A stretch of DNA of 55,031 bases from Octopus bimaculoides (GCF_001194135.2 NC_068988.1:46086463-46141493), one strand, 5' to 3'; positions 1 to 13,811 are shown, numbered from the stretch's first letter. Program-made: numbers and translations. Notes: generated by a model from the sequence alone, not told the origin.

Positions 1-64
<64 letters not shown>
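1..64. repeat. (TA)n microsatellite
   Basis: Direct reading. Confidence 0.98.
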
Positions 65-67
<3 letters not shown>

Positions 68-595
68 CTGCAGCTCTTATATTTCCCGTCACTCTTTCCA
101 TCATTGTAGTGATAGAAATTGCTTAAGATTTTAGCTGAGCCCAGTAGCTGAGTTGATTAAGTGAAGTAACGTCTAGCACATACTTGTTCAGAATATATTC
201 CATTCTCTAATGAACTCAGTAGTTTATAGGTTGCAGTAGTAATTAATAATAGGCTGCAGTAGTAATTAATAATAATTCCAATTACGATATTAATAATTGT
301 TTCTAATATAGGTAATAGCTGGTAATTTTAAGTAGAAGGTGTTAATCAATTAATTTAATGCAAATATTAGATTATTACTTTATTCTATCAGTCCTGGAAG
401 GATAAATGACAAAGTAATCTTCATTGGGATTTGAACTTAGAATGTAAAGAAGCAGAACAAATATTGCAAAGCATTTTGTCTGTTGCTCTAATGATTCCAC
501 CAATCTACAAATACCAATATTAATAATGATGGTACAACGTACTAGAATAACAATAGCAGCAACAACAGCAGCAGCAATAACAACAACAACAACTG

Positions 596-1879
596 CTATT
601 ATTATTATTATTATTATTATTAAGTAGTTTTATTTTTATAATGTGCTTTCATTTCACTACCGATCGCAGCACTGTGTGCCTTGGGTATGTGCTGTGGTTT
701 GCTGTGATGCTCTTATGGTTACTGGATTGAAAGTGTTTTGCGTAGGATGTGTGCAGTGCCCAGTAGTGCAATTTTCTGTATGTAATATATTTGTAAGTTC
801 TGGTGTTTTTGTTATGTATTTGTCTGAATATTTTTTTTATTATACCTAAGGCACCTACTATGATAAGAATTGTTTCTGTTTTTAGATTCCACATTTGAGT
901 TACCTCTATNNNNNNNNNNNNNNNNNNNNNNNNNNNNNNNNNNNNNNNNNNNNNNNNNNNNNNNNNNNNNNNNNNNNNNNNNNNNNNNNNNNNNNNNNNN
1001 NNNNNNNNNNNNNNNNNNNNNNNNNNNNNNNNNNNNNNNNNNNNNNNNNNNNNNNNNNNNNNNNNNNNNNNNNNNNNNNNNNNNNNNNNNNNNNNNNNNN
1101 NNNNNNNNNNNNNNNNNNNNNNNNNNNNNNNNNNNNNNNNNNNNNNNNNNNNNNNNNNNNNNNNNNNNNNNNNNNNNNNNNNNNNNNNNNNNNNNNNNNN
1201 NNNNNNNNNNNNNNNNNNNNNNNNNNNNNNNNNNNNNNNNNNNNNNNNNNNNNNNNNNNNNNNNNNNNNNNNNNNNNNNNNNNNNNNNNNNNNNNNNNNN
1301 NNNNNNNNNNNNNNNNNNNNNNNNNNNNNNNNNNNNNNNNNNNNNNNNNNNNNNNNNNNNNNNNNNNNNNNNNNNNNNNNNNNNNNNNNNNNNNNNNNNN
1401 NNNNNNNNNNNNNNNNNNNNNNNNNNNNNNNNNNNNNNNNNNNNNNNNNNNNNNNNNNNNNNNNNNNNNNNNNNNNNNNNNNNNNNNNNNNNNNNNNNNN
1501 NNNNNNNNNNNNNNNNNNNNNNNNNNNNNNNNNNNNNNNNNNNNNNNNNNNNNNNNNNNNNNNNNNNNNNNNNNNNNNNNNNNNNNNNNNNNNNNNNNNN
1601 NNNNNNNNNNNNNNNNNNNNNNNNNNNNNNNNNNNNNNNNNNNNNNNNNNCCATGTAGGGGCTTTTCTTGCTATCGTTTTACCATGGTCCGTTGCTGTTC
1701 TAGTTTTAGTTTGGATTTCATTTGTTTTATAGCTTTTGTTGTTCTTCTTCTTCTTCGTATTTATTAGGTAGTATGATTTCTTGTTTGTATTTGTCAGCTT
1801 CCTTAAATACTGAAAACAGTTTTTTGTTTTGCTCGTGTTTTGTGGCTATTTGTATTAGTATTCCTTGCTTCTGGAGTAG

Positions 1880-1880
<1 letters not shown>
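596..1880 (-). mobile_element. 5'-truncated R4/Dong-like (RLE-type) non-LTR retrotransposon, gap inside
   Basis: Minus-strand translation WNLKTETILIIVGALG...KLHYWALHTSYAK resembles the RLE C-terminus; ATKHEQNKKLFSVFKEADKYK resembles the post-RT region; (TAA)n at both ends (596-622 and 1881-1929). Confidence 0.75.
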
Positions 1881-1928
<48 letters not shown>

Positions 1929-1934
1929 CTACTT

Positions 1935-2540
1935 TTAATCTGCATGTTCATTACAGTCACTTGCTGAGACACATCCAGCGTCCTGGGATGAGTGAAGGAT
2001 AAGGGATGTTGCAGTTTGACTGAAAGCTTGGGGATGAGAAGTGTCAAGCTAAGTAGCAAAATATTTTCGGTGCTTGAGGTACCTATTGCCCCAACAACAA
2101 CTAGATTGACCTCAACCCTTTCTATTGCTTACAAATGTTTTATTCCCATGATAGTAATTCATAACTTTCAATCTTCTTCAACTTTTTTGCCACAAACCTT
2201 ATTCAGCCAGACAAGCCACTTTTAGAATCAAATATTGTTTGCTGACTTTGTTAATCATAATAATATCTGGTTTGTGATGTTCAATTTCATGGTCCCATTG
2301 TACTAAAAATCCCATAAAACCATGGTGTGGTCATTTTCTACAGCACTGTCTGTTTATGCTCATACCACTGGTTTGCTCTTTCAAGACAGTATTTTTTGCA
2401 TAACTTCCAATGAATGATTTTTGCAATGTTATCATGGCATTACTTCTATTCTTTCTGCATTAGCTTTGTGCACTGGCTGGTCACATGCCACTCATTTTCT
2501 CCCCTTTTCACCAAACAGCCTACATTTTTCTATTGCACAT
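1935..2540 (-). mobile_element. Degenerate R4/Dong-like LINE 3' fragment (CCHC knuckle plus RLE)
   Basis: EKCRLFGEKGENEWHVTSQC..HDNIAKIIHWKLCKKY, then VLWDF, EHHKPDII and VVVGAIG motifs with stops and frameshifts; ends in the (TAA)n run at 1881-1929. Confidence 0.75.
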
Positions 2541-2550
2541 TATTATTATA

Positions 2551-3100
2551 TCAGGAACAGAGCCTAAGGGGAGCTTGTATCAAATGCAAGATATATCGAG
2601 GCTGCTCACCCAAACACAATATGTTTAATAATATAATTCAGATGAGACCATAGCTCACATTGTATCAGAGTACAAAGAGTGTAGATATAAGATTGCTGCA
2701 ACAATACACTGGAAATTTTGCAGAAAATTTTCTTTGTTGGCACAAAACATCTATAACCATTTTGTGGGAATAGAAATGCAGATCCTCAAAAATGATGGTG
2801 TGAGTAGTTGTGGAACTTTCCTATATAGACCAAAAGAAAAATAGAACACAATAGACCAGATATTATCATTATTGAAAAGAAGGAATAATATATTTTATTG
2901 TAATTGACAATGCATGCTGATTTGGGACCAGAATGAAAAGAAAAGAAAGGAAAGGAAATATTAGGGCATTATACTAACTTAAAGTAAGAAATACTCAAGT
3001 CCTGGAATGAAGAAGCTAGCAAGGTCATGAAACTCCTAATTATCATTGGATCCTTGGGAATCTTGGCAATAAAAAAATTGAGTACAAACCTTGCCTAAAA
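2551..3100 (+). mobile_element. Degenerate R4/Dong-like LINE 3' fragment
   Basis: QEQSLR..IKCKI, DETIAHIVSE, LWNFPI, IEHNRPDII and IIIGSLG motifs; disrupted reading frame. Confidence 0.7.
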
Positions 3101-3114
3101 AGTTTTCTTTTTCA

Positions 3115-3680
3115 ACCACATGTTTCCAGGTTCATTCCCACTGCTTAGCACCTTGGGCAAGTCTCTTTTAGTATATCAAAGCCTTGTTAGTAGATTTGGT
3201 AGACGGAAACTGAAAGAAGCCTGTCGTATATATATGTATATATATACATATATATATATATATATGTTTATGTTGTGTGTCCCTCCAACATTACTTGACA
3301 ACTGATTTGGTGTGCTTACATTCCTGTAACTTAGCAGTTCGGCAAAAGAGACCGATAGAATAAGTTCTAGGCTTACAAAGAATAAGTCCTGTGGTCGATT
3401 TGCTTCACTAAAGGTGGTGCTCTTGCATGGCTGCAGTCAAATGACTGAAACAAATAAAAGAATATATATATGTATGCATGCATGTATGTATATATTTGCA
3501 TGTGTGTGTCTTTATGTCAGTGTTTGTCCCCCATCACTATTTGACAACCAGAGTTTGTATGTTTGCATTCCCATAACCTAGCAGTTCAGCAAAAAAGACT
3601 ACAACCCTTTGAAAGGGGTGCTCCAGCGTGGCTGTAGTCAAATGACTGAAACAAGAAAGGAATAAAAGAATAAAAGAATA
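3115..3680 (+). mobile_element. SINE family A copy plus a partial tandem copy
   Basis: agatttggtagacggaaactgaaagaag, taacttagcagttcggcaaaagagac and cagtcaaatgactgaaac blocks. Confidence 0.75.
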
Positions 3681-5504
3681 AACTTGAAGTTAACTGGGAG
3701 TAGATTTGGTGCAGAAAACATGTTCACCATGTTCTGCAAGAATAATGTGGAGAGCCTGCAATGCAAAGTAAGAAGAGATCATCATCATCATCATCGTTTA
3801 AAGTCTGCCCTCCATGCTAGCATGGGTTGGATGATTTGACTGAGGACTGGTGTACCAGATGGCTATACCAGGCTTCAATCTGATCTGGCAGAGTTTCTAC
3901 GGCTGGATGCCCTTCCTAACACCAACCACTCCGAGAGTGTAGTGGGTGCTAGTCTAGTTTTATATTTTTCAATGTTTCTTTTTCCTCTCAATTTTTTGAA
4001 TGTGTTTCTTGCTGTTTGAAATAACACAATTCCTATTTCTCTCATCAAAGTTTCTAGACCTTCACAGTCTCATTTTCATCTTCACTGATGAGATATTGCC
4101 AGCATGTTTTGTTGTCACTTCACAATAGACAAAGCCAATGTGATTGATTCAGACATAAACACTAGGATTTTAGATGAGGAATTATTTACAAACATAAAGG
4201 CTTTGTACAGAACATGCAAAATGCTCCTTATTACACCATAATAAGAAGGATGATTAAACTGGGTACAACATCAATTCTGTGAAAAAATGAAACATTTTGT
4301 TTTGTTGCTTCATAGAAAAGTTTAATAGACTCCAGTACCTAATTGGGACATATTTATTGAACTCCTTAGAAGGATGTCTGGTAAAACTGTTCCTGGCAAA
4401 ACTATAATTTTCAAGATAATGAGAAATAATTAAATTCCCCCAAATTACTTCTCTTGATTGCTTTACTAATTCTACCCATCACCATCCTTATAAAAAAACA
4501 TTAACATCTTGTGAATAGTTGAACAGTATTCTTCCCTGTGTGCAAACTATACTGCTAATGTAGGAATAACTTGAAAAAAATAAGGCATAGTTAGAAAGTT
4601 ATCAAGAAAACAGATAAGAAAATGTCTCCATTTGATGGGTAGTTGTATAACTGATATTTGAAGAAAAACACATAGAGGTGCCTAAGTTTAAACTTGGTTA
4701 AAAAATAGGAAAAACAGAAAAACAGATTTAAACAATTTATGAAAATATATCTATTAACTTTGCAAGGAGAAGACACCATATGGGACCTACATAGGCAGAG
4801 ACTGCAAAATGCTGGACTAGAAATTTTCCCAAGTACTTCTATAAAGATGTTATACCTATTTCAAAGGTGTGTGGCTTAGTGGTTAGGGGTATCCATTGAG
4901 AATCATAAGGCTGCAAGTTCAATTCATGGCAGTGTGTTGAGTCCTTGAGCAAGACACTTTATTTTTCACGTTGCTCCAGTTCACTCAGCTGGCAAAAATG
5001 AATTGTAACTGCATTTCAAAGGGCCATCCTTGTCGCACTCTGTGTCACGCTGAATGTTCCTGAGAATTACCTTAATGGCACACATGTCTGTGGAGTGCTC
5101 AGCCACTTGCATGTTAATTTCACAAGCAGACTGTTTCATGGATCAGATCAACTGGAGTCCTCATTATTGTAGCCAACTGAGTGGCAGTGCCATATTCTCA
5201 TTTCTTTTGACTGTGGTGCTAGAAGTTTGGACTTAATTCTTGCAATGTGATACAAACATGTAAGCTCAAAATATGCTGAATAAAGAATTGGAAAACTTCA
5301 AAAAATCAAACAGACCAGGACATAAAAGAAGATTGGTAAATTACCATCACCTGCACTGTCTGTATACAAATATCAAAAAAGATCAGCATAATTATCATTA
5401 CAATATATGGAAGGCAAACTTGGTAGTGTTGGAAAATAAATTTGTATTCAAATCTTGCTGGACTTGCCTTAATCTATCATTGTTATTGGGTAAATCAATA
5501 AAAT

Positions 5505-5880
5505 GTGTTGGCACTCCGTCGCTTAGGACGTCGAGGGTTCCAGTTGATCCGATCAATGGAACAGCCTGCTCATGAAATTAACGTGCAAGCGGCTGAGCAC
5601 TCCACAGACACGTGTACCCTTAACGTATTTCTCGGGGATATTCAGTGTGACACAGTGTGACAAAGTTGACCCTTTGAATTACAGGCACAACAGAAACAGG
5701 AAGTAAGAGTGAGAGGATGTTGTGGTGAAAGAGTACAGCAGGGTTCGCCACCATCCCCTGCCGGAGTCTCGTGGAGCTTTTAGGTGTTTTCGTTCAATAA
5801 ACACCCGGTCTGGGAATTGAAACCACGATCCTATGACCGCGAGTCTGCTGCCCTAACCACTGGGCCATTGCGCCTCCACA
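5505..5880 (-). mobile_element. Full-length tRNA-derived SINE family C
   Basis: Head tgtggaggcgcaatggcccagtggttaggg..tttcaattcccagaccggg; tail ttgatcggatcaactggaaccctcg; related copies at 4865-5190, 8160-8455, 9070-9350 and 40450-40735 (all +). Confidence 0.8.
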
Positions 5881-6229
5881 AATCAATAAAATAAATACCA
5901 GCTAAAACTTGGGGTTGATAAAAGAACAGACTATAATCTCTCCCAAAATATATAACCTTGAACATTGTATCTATGGTAAAAAAAATTATTATTTTTATAT
6001 TATATCAGGAAAAAATCCATCTTCAAAATCAAATTCTTAACAACTGACAGGGATATTTGCTTTAAAGAAGGAGCTGGAGTACTTTTTGCGAGGTAGAAAT
6101 TATCATCCTTTTCTTGTGTGGGAGGCGCAGTTAGCTGGAATGTTTTAACCACGTAATTCGAAGTAGCATTTTCTTCAGAATCTCTCCAACAATCTTCATC
6201 AACAATTCAAATATTAAACAAATATCATC

Positions 6230-6357
6230 ATCGTCATCATCATTATCATCCTTGTCGTCGTCGTCTTCGTCATCATCATCATCATCATCCTTTACGTCAT
6301 CATCATCCTTGTTTTTGTCATTGCCATCATCATCATCATCCTGTCTTCGCCATCACC

Positions 6358-6388
<31 letters not shown>

Positions 6389-7100
6389 TAAACTTGACTT
6401 CGTCATCGCCATCATCATCCTCGTCATCATCATCATCATCATCATCATCACCATCATCATCGCCACCATCGTTGTCATCATCATCATCATAATCTTGACT
6501 TCGTCATCGCCATCATCATCATCATCATCCTCGTCATCATGGTCATCATGGTCATCATCATTGCTTCATTTTATCTTTTCCATCATTTTTCTACTTGTCG
6601 CTATTACCATTATCATCATTATCGTCATCATCATCATCACCATCATTATCATCATCATCATCACAATCAACAAGATTTCTTTTGCTGACATGGTTGGACA
6701 AACATTTCTGGAAAATTAAATGTCTTTCCAATATCTTGGAAGNNNNNNNNNNNNNNNNNNNNNNNNNNNNNNNNNNNNNNNNNNNNNNNNNNNNNNNNNA
6801 AAAAAAAAAAAAAAAAAAATTAGAACATAGACGAAACGACTTAGATTTATGGAATGAAAAAAGTAAAATATTCAAGCCATGTGATTAACTTCCATCATTG
6901 TTATCATCACAGTCATCATCATCATCATCATCGTCATTATTCTCAACATCCTCATCATGATCAGCATCATCATAGTCATCATCATCATCATCATTATGGC
7001 ATCACTGTCTTCGTTGTCGTTGTCATTACCATCATCATCATCACTGTCCCCATCATTATCATCATTGTCGTCATCATCATTCATCATCCTTGCCATCATC
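6230..7100. repeat. Compound (CAT)n/(CGT)n microsatellite field
   Basis: Direct reading; source of the poly-S/H/I ORFs. Confidence 0.95.
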
Positions 7101-8143
7101 AGCATGGTTTCAGTGGGTATAAAACGGATAGACTTCATGACTAAATGCTTCATAGTGTTCAGTGTTGTTTCTCTGCATTCTGAGTTCAAATCCCACCAAG
7201 TCATATTTTTTTTTTTTCGTTTTGTCATCGTTGCTCTGTCGAGAATTGAATACTATCAAGAATTGAAACTAATTAACTCAGCTGCATCTCTTTCTAAACG
7301 TGTGGCCATAAAACAAAATTACAAATAATTGTTGTTTTTATTATCAACATCTGATGAAGTAGACCCACACATTGGCTAATTCAGCTGCAACTAGTCGAGT
7401 GATTCAATATTTCGAGTTCAAATTGGTTTCATCTATTGCTTAAAGTTCCTCCTATACAGATTCATCATCATCATTGATTAACGTGCGTTTTCCATGCTGG
7501 CATGGGTCGGATGGTTTGACTGAGGTCTGGAGAGCCAGCATCTGCACCAGGCTCTGATCTGGTCAGGTAGAGTTTCTACAGCTGAGTACCCTTCCTAACA
7601 CCAACCACTCTGAGAGTATAGTGGGTGCTTTTTACATGCCACCAGCATAAGAGCCAGTCAGGGGGTACCGGCATCAGTCATGATCGGTTGGTGCTTTTTA
7701 CGTGTCACCAGCACTGGATCCACTAAGGCGGACACTGAGACAAAGCAGACTAGAGCAGCTGAGGCTGAATTTGCTAATGTGTGGACCTACTTCATCAGAT
7801 GTTGATAATAAAAGCAATATTTAGTTATGGTTTCTAATTTTGTTTCATGACCAGATGTTTAGAAAGAGGTGCAGCTGAGTTAACTAGCATCAGTTCTCGA
7901 CTGGTATTCAATTCCAGACCCAACAACGATGACAAAAAAAACAGAAGATAACTTGGTGGGATTTGAACTCAGAATGCAGAGAAACAAAAGTGAATACTAC
8001 AAAACATTTAATCATGAAGCCTATCCATTCTGTACCCACTGACACCATGCTGATGATGGCAAGGATGATGATTATGATGATGATAATGACGACGATGATG
8101 ATGACAATGATGGAAGTTAATCACAGGACTTCAATATTTTACT
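6862..8143. repeat. Inverted duplication, arms 6862-7396 and 7748-8143
   Basis: Arms are reverse complements by eye; ORFs 6872-7228(-) and 7963-8256(+) give near-identical peptides (NSECRET..TMLMMARMM). Confidence 0.85.
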
Positions 8144-8159
8144 CACCATTAATGACCTA

Positions 8160-8455
8160 CTGTGGAGGCACAATGGCCCAATGGTTAGGGCAGCGGGCTC
8201 GTGGCCAGAGGATCGCGGCTTTGATTCCCAGACCGGGCGTTGTGTGTGTTTATTGAGTGAAGCTCCATGAGGCTCCGGCAGGGAGTGGTGGCGACCCCTG
8301 TTGTACTCTTTCGCCCCCAACTTTCTCTTATTCTTTCTTCTTGTTTCTTGAGTAGCTGCGATGGACTGGCATCCCGTCAAGCTGGGGAGAACACATACAC
8401 CATAGAAACCAGGAAATCAGGGCCCATGAGCCTGGCTAGGCTTGAAAAGGGAGCA
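8160..8455 (+). mobile_element. SINE family C-related copy with a different 3' part
   Basis: Head nearly identical to 5880-5810; diverges after ~8340. Confidence 0.75.
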
Positions 8456-9659
8456 TAAATAGAAATAAATGACCTACTACAAAATAGTCTGAAAATCCTG
8501 AAAAGCTGTAAATATTTTCAATTTTTACTTCAGTTTACATAATCAGCAATGATTGACCATATTGAACTTAAGGATGTTGGCTCTCAAGCTTATATCTCCA
8601 TGGAGTTATAATGACTCTTTTTACAATTCTTTTATCATAAATGATATATACATATTCTTTTCTATGTCTTAGCCCTTAGGCTGTGGTCATAGATATGTGT
8701 ATGTATGTGTGTGTGCATGTTACTTCTCACACCTTGTTTGGCAATATCTAATAGTTGAAATATTAATCTTCAATTGGATAGCATATAAATCTGTCACATG
8801 TAAGCTTTCCAGCTGTTATAGATTTTCTTCTTGATTTTGTATTCTTACTGAAGCTACATAAAACCAGTCTACTAACCATGTAGTTCTTGACTTTTTTGGC
8901 ATCCCATTCGACCAAACTGTCAGATGAGACTCATATTCAAAACGCCTCAACATGCCAATCATTGCTGTAATTCTTCAAGTGTTTTGGGTTGCTTCCAATA
9001 ATGCATGGTACATCTAGCATATCTTTCAAAAATTCAATAATATACACAATAGTAATTCATTGCAACTTACAGGTTTGGGTGCATGTGGCCTAGTGGTTAG
9101 GGCCTAAAGTTTCATAATCATAAAATCATGGTTTCAATTCCAAGATTGTGTGGTACACTTTTTTAGTTTTTGTTTTTTTGCGAAGCATTTTATTTCATAT
9201 TGCTCCAATCTCCTCAGCTGGAAATGAGTACCCGTAATAGCTGGGGTATAACTTATATTGGCCTGGTGTTCTAATCAAGGTTGAGTCTTATACACTATCT
9301 TGTTTATACACATAGAAACCATATTAAGATCCAGCCAAATGAACTAGTAGACTCATGATAGACCTAAGATCTAACGTAATAACCAGGCAAAATTCCATGA
9401 AATTTTTGAAGAGAGAACACAAGGTCAGAAGGGAATACAATTGCAGGAGAAAAGGGCGTAATAACATTACTTAGAAGGGCGTACTTCTTTCCTTGAGGTG
9501 GGCATGTGCACCTCAGCCCTGATAACTACAATAATAAGTAATGTAATATCATGAAATTACATATTATTGAAGTCACAACAAGCACTTATAATTCATGGTA
9601 AGGATTAGCTAATCGTCAAAGTTTAGAAGTATATGAACACTTTTAACATTTGGCTTTTC

Positions 9660-9810
9660 TAAGGCAGCGAGCTGACAGAAATGTCAGCATGCCAGGCAAA
9701 ATGCTTCATAATATTTCGTCTGTCTTTACGTTCTGAGTTCAAATTCTGCCGAGGTCGACTTTATCTTTCATCCTTTCAGAATCGATAAATTAAGTACCAG
9801 TTGCAAACTG
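9660..9810 (+). mobile_element. SINE family B copy running into a gap
   Basis: ggcagcgagctgacagaaatg..ttctgagttcaaattctgccgaggtcgac..taagtaccagtt. Confidence 0.75.
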
Positions 9811-10408
9811 NNNNNNNNNNNNNNNNNNNNNNNNNNNNNNNNNNNNNNNNNNNNNNNNNNNNNNNNNNNNNNNNNNNNNNNNNNNNNNNNNNNNNNNNNN
9901 NNNNNNNNNNNNNNNNNNNNNNNNNNNNNNNNNNNNNNNNNNNNNNNNNNNNNNNNNNNNNNNNNNNNNNNNNNNNNNNNNNNNNNNNNNNNNNNNNNNN
10001 NNNNNNNNNNNNNNNNNNNNNNNNNNNNNNNNNNNNNNNNNNNNNNNNNNNNNNNNNNNNNNNNNNNNNNNNNNNNNNNNNNNNNNNNNNNNNNNNNNNN
10101 NNNNNNNNNNNNNNNNNNNNNNNNNNNNNNNNNNNNNNNNNNNNNNNNNNNNNNNNNNNNNNNNNNNNNNNNNNNNNNNNNNNNNNNNNNNNNNNNNNNN
10201 NNNNNNNNNNNNNNNNNNNNNNNNNNNNNNNNNNNNNNNNNNNNNNNAATAAAGCTGCAAAAGACATCAGAAAAACTGTTACTCAGAGTTTCATGTTCCT
10301 GCCAGGACAGGAATTGCAGCTTTATTACTGAAGCATATTACTCTACCTCTGGTGTTTGAGTACTATTTTTTCCACCTTGTTTCACATTTATGTGCTTACT
10401 CTTGTGTG

Positions 10409-10458
<50 letters not shown>

Positions 10459-10504
10459 NNNNNNNNNNNNNNNNNNNNNNNNNNNNNNNNNNNNNNNNNN
10501 NNNN

Positions 10505-10557
<53 letters not shown>

Positions 10558-11089
10558 CATATACAGGGCAGGAAAATATGTATGTTAACTGTGGATTAAC
10601 TGTGGATCTTGATTATAGGGATCAGACTGGAGCCTGGCACAGCCTTCCAGCATGACAACCCAGTCAAACTGCCCAACCCATGCCAGCATGGACAACAGAC
10701 GTTAAATGATGATGTTGATGAAGATGATAATGTTTGAGAATGATATGATATATATCTTATACTAAAAAGTTATTGGTAATGTCATTGATTTAAATGTCAT
10801 CCCTGATTGAGCAAATCTATGACTAAGGATATTCCATTGTGTATTTTTCTGTTGCCAGGGCATCTTATTCCAATGTGCTCTTCACTGCTTAAAATGACAA
10901 AGTGTGAGCTCAAGGAAAATTGACTGTTATTTCTAGTAGGTCAAGAGATTGCATAGAGTTTACCTTATGGGCTTGTTTATTAGAGAGTTTAGGTTATTGG
11001 ATAATGCCTGCATCCACAGTATCAGATCATTGCAGTCATTTTGGTATCTGAAAAAATACCATATAAAAAGCTAGTAAGTTGAAAAAAAA

Positions 11090-11345
11090 ATGAAGAAAAC
11101 ATGGAAAGCACAGCAAAATTCATTGTGAATATAAAAAAAAAAGAAACAAAGAAAGTTTTAAGTGGAACTAGTATGGTCACATAATGTGTCTGTGAGGTGA
11201 AAGACTGAGAAATGGAAATAACATATTGGATGCCACTGAAGTGAATATTGAAAAAACATATAGTATTGGAGAGATGAATTGAGAGATTCTTTAGGATTAT
11301 GTTTGTCTTTGAACAGCACGCATGAGCTGTGAATGATGATAATGA
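11090..11345 (+). mobile_element. Old LINE (RTE-like) 3' remnant
   Basis: Degenerate ITYWMP..WRDELRDSLG-like translation ending in (GAT)n; heavily mutated. Confidence 0.35.
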
Positions 11346-11376
11346 TAGTGGTGTTGGTGGAGATATGGATGAAGGT

Positions 11377-11411
<35 letters not shown>

Positions 11412-12466
11412 ACAGTAAAAGCAGTCATTCAGGAAAAAGAAATTCAAATAGGCATATAACATAAAATAGACTATGNNNNNNNNNNNNNNNNNNNNNNNNN
11501 NNNNNNNNNNNNNNNNNNNNNNNNNNNNNNNNNNNNNNNNNNNNNNNNNNNNNNNNNNNNNNNNNNNNNNNNNNNNNNNNNNNNNNNNNNNNNNNNNNNN
11601 NNNNNNNNNNNNNNNNNNNNNNNNNNNNNNNNNNNNNNNNNNNNNNNNNNNNNNNNNNNNNNNNNNNNNNNNNNNNNNNNNNNNNNNNNNNNNNNNNNNN
11701 NNNNNNNNNNNNNNNNNNNNNNNNNNNNNNNNNNNNNNNNNNNNNNNNNNNNNNNNNNNNNNNNNNNNNNNNNNNNNNNNNNNNNNNNNNNNNNNNNNNN
11801 NNNNNNNNNNNNNNNNNNNNNNNNNNNNNNNNNNNNNNNNNNNNNNNNNNNNNNNNNNNNNNNNNNNNNNNNNNNNNNNNNNNNNNNNNNNNNNNNNNNN
11901 NNNNNNNNNNNNNNNNNNNNNNNNNNNNNNNNNNNNNNNNNNNNNNNNNNNNNNNNNNNNNNNNNNNNNNNNNNNNNNNNNNNNNNNNNNNNNNNNNNNN
12001 NNNNNNNNNNNNNNNNNNNNNNNNNNNNNNNNNNNNNNNNNNNNNNNNNNNNNNNNNNNNNNNNNNNNNNNNNNNNNNNNNNNNNNNNNNNNNNNNNNNN
12101 NNNNNNNNNNNNNNNNNNNNNNNNNNNNNNNNNNNNNNNNNNNNNNNNNNNNNNNNNNNNNNNNNNNNNNNNNNNNNNNNNNNNNNNNNNNNNNNNNNNN
12201 NNNNNNNNNNNNNNNNNNNNNNNNNNNNNNNNNNNNNNNNNNNNNNNNNNNNNNNNNNNNNNNNNNNNNNNNNNNNNNNNNNNNNNNNNNNNNNNNNNNN
12301 NNNNNNNNNNNNNNNNNNNNNNNNNNNNNNNNNNNNNNNNNNNNNNNNNNNNNNNNNNNNNNNNNNNNNNNNNNNNNNNNNNNNNNNNNNNNNNNNNNNN
12401 NNNNNNNNNNNNNNNNNNNNNNNNNNNNNNNNNNNNNNNNNNNNNNNNNNNNNNNNNNNNNNNNNA

Positions 12467-12754
12467 CTTTCGAGCGAGATCGTTGCCAGTGCCCCTGGAC
12501 TGGCTCTTGTGCGGGTGGCACATAAAATACACCATTTTGAGCGTGGCCGTTGCCAGTACCGCCTGATTGGCCTTCGTGCCGGTGGCACGTAAAAGCAACC
12601 ACTACATTCTCGGAGTGGTTGGCGTTAGGAAGGGCATCCAGCTGTAGAAACTCTGCCAAATCATATTGAAGCCTGATGTAGCCATCTGGTTTCACCAGTC
12701 CTCTGTCAAATTGTCCAATCCATGCTAGCATGGAAAACGGATGTTAAACGATGA

Positions 12755-12757
<3 letters not shown>
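12467..12757 (+). mobile_element. Well-conserved RTE-like 3'UTR copy
   Basis: Close match to 41568-41860; (GAT)n tail runs into (TA)n. Confidence 0.8.
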
Positions 12758-12819
<62 letters not shown>

Positions 12820-12869
12820 TGTGCGTGTCTGTCCGTTTATCTATTTATATATGTATATATGTGTGTGTG

Positions 12870-13058
12870 TATTTGTGTCGCCCACCACCTCTTGACAACC
12901 AGTGTGGTGTGTTTACGTTTCCATAACTTAGAGGTCTGACGAAAGTGATTGATAGAATAAGGACCAGGTTTTAAAAATATGCTGGGACTGATTTGTTCAA
13001 CTAAAACCCTTCAAGGCGGTGCCCCAGCCTGGCTGCAGTCAAGTGACTGAAACATAAA

Positions 13059-13060
<2 letters not shown>
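12870..13060 (+). mobile_element. 3' half of SINE family A
   Basis: ttgacaaccagtgtggtgtgtttacg..gactgaaac. Confidence 0.65.
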
Positions 13061-13095
<35 letters not shown>

Positions 13096-13739
13096 ATAGA
13101 TAGATAGATAGATAGATATATATGTATATATACATACACACACAAGCACACCTGCTTCTTCACTGGTCTGGTGATGAGTTTTCAATTGCTCAATCAACAG
13201 AATTATTTGCCCATTGACCTAAAGTATGAATGGCTGAGTGTTTCACAAAACACATCTACACGTAATGTAATTCTTAGACAGAATCAACATAAAAGAGTAT
13301 GAGACAAGGTTGTGTCTATGAATTACAGATACGGTCCATCAAATGGGATTCTATAGAATTTCTGTCTGCCTAGTTTGTGGAAAGATATGTGAGTCGAATT
13401 GATTCTCTAGAAAATTATATTTGTCCAAAATACCGCAGTTGAATCTTGGTCGCCGTGGTTATTAAATGTGTGCATGCATAGATGTAAAAAGATATATGAG
13501 CATGGTTTTACCTTCTTTGAATAATTTTACTTTCTCCTTATTCGGGTAATTTCCCTTTATCTAACGGTCATTTTTATATCTCTTTTGTTTGTCTTAATAA
13601 CGGTCATTGTCATAGTAATTTCCCTTTATTTAACGGTCATATTCATAGCATTCTTGTTTGTCTGACGAGATGCCGGAGCAGACAACCGCCCCGACATCCG
13701 AAATACTGAGTTTTATTATGACAACCAACTAACTGTCAC

Positions 13740-13811
<72 letters not shown>

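Noticed and set aside
4260-4860. Possible decayed RT-like coding remnant
   Set aside because: No motif could be read with confidence.
5810-5880. tRNA-like sequences (also 8160, 43064, 37028)
   Set aside because: They are SINE or repeat heads with A/B boxes, lack a complete cloverleaf, and continue into repeat bodies.
8877-8916. Possible minus-strand exon LVEWDAKKVKNYM
   Set aside because: Moderate acceptor, an alternative frame is equally plausible, and no phase-linked neighbours were found.
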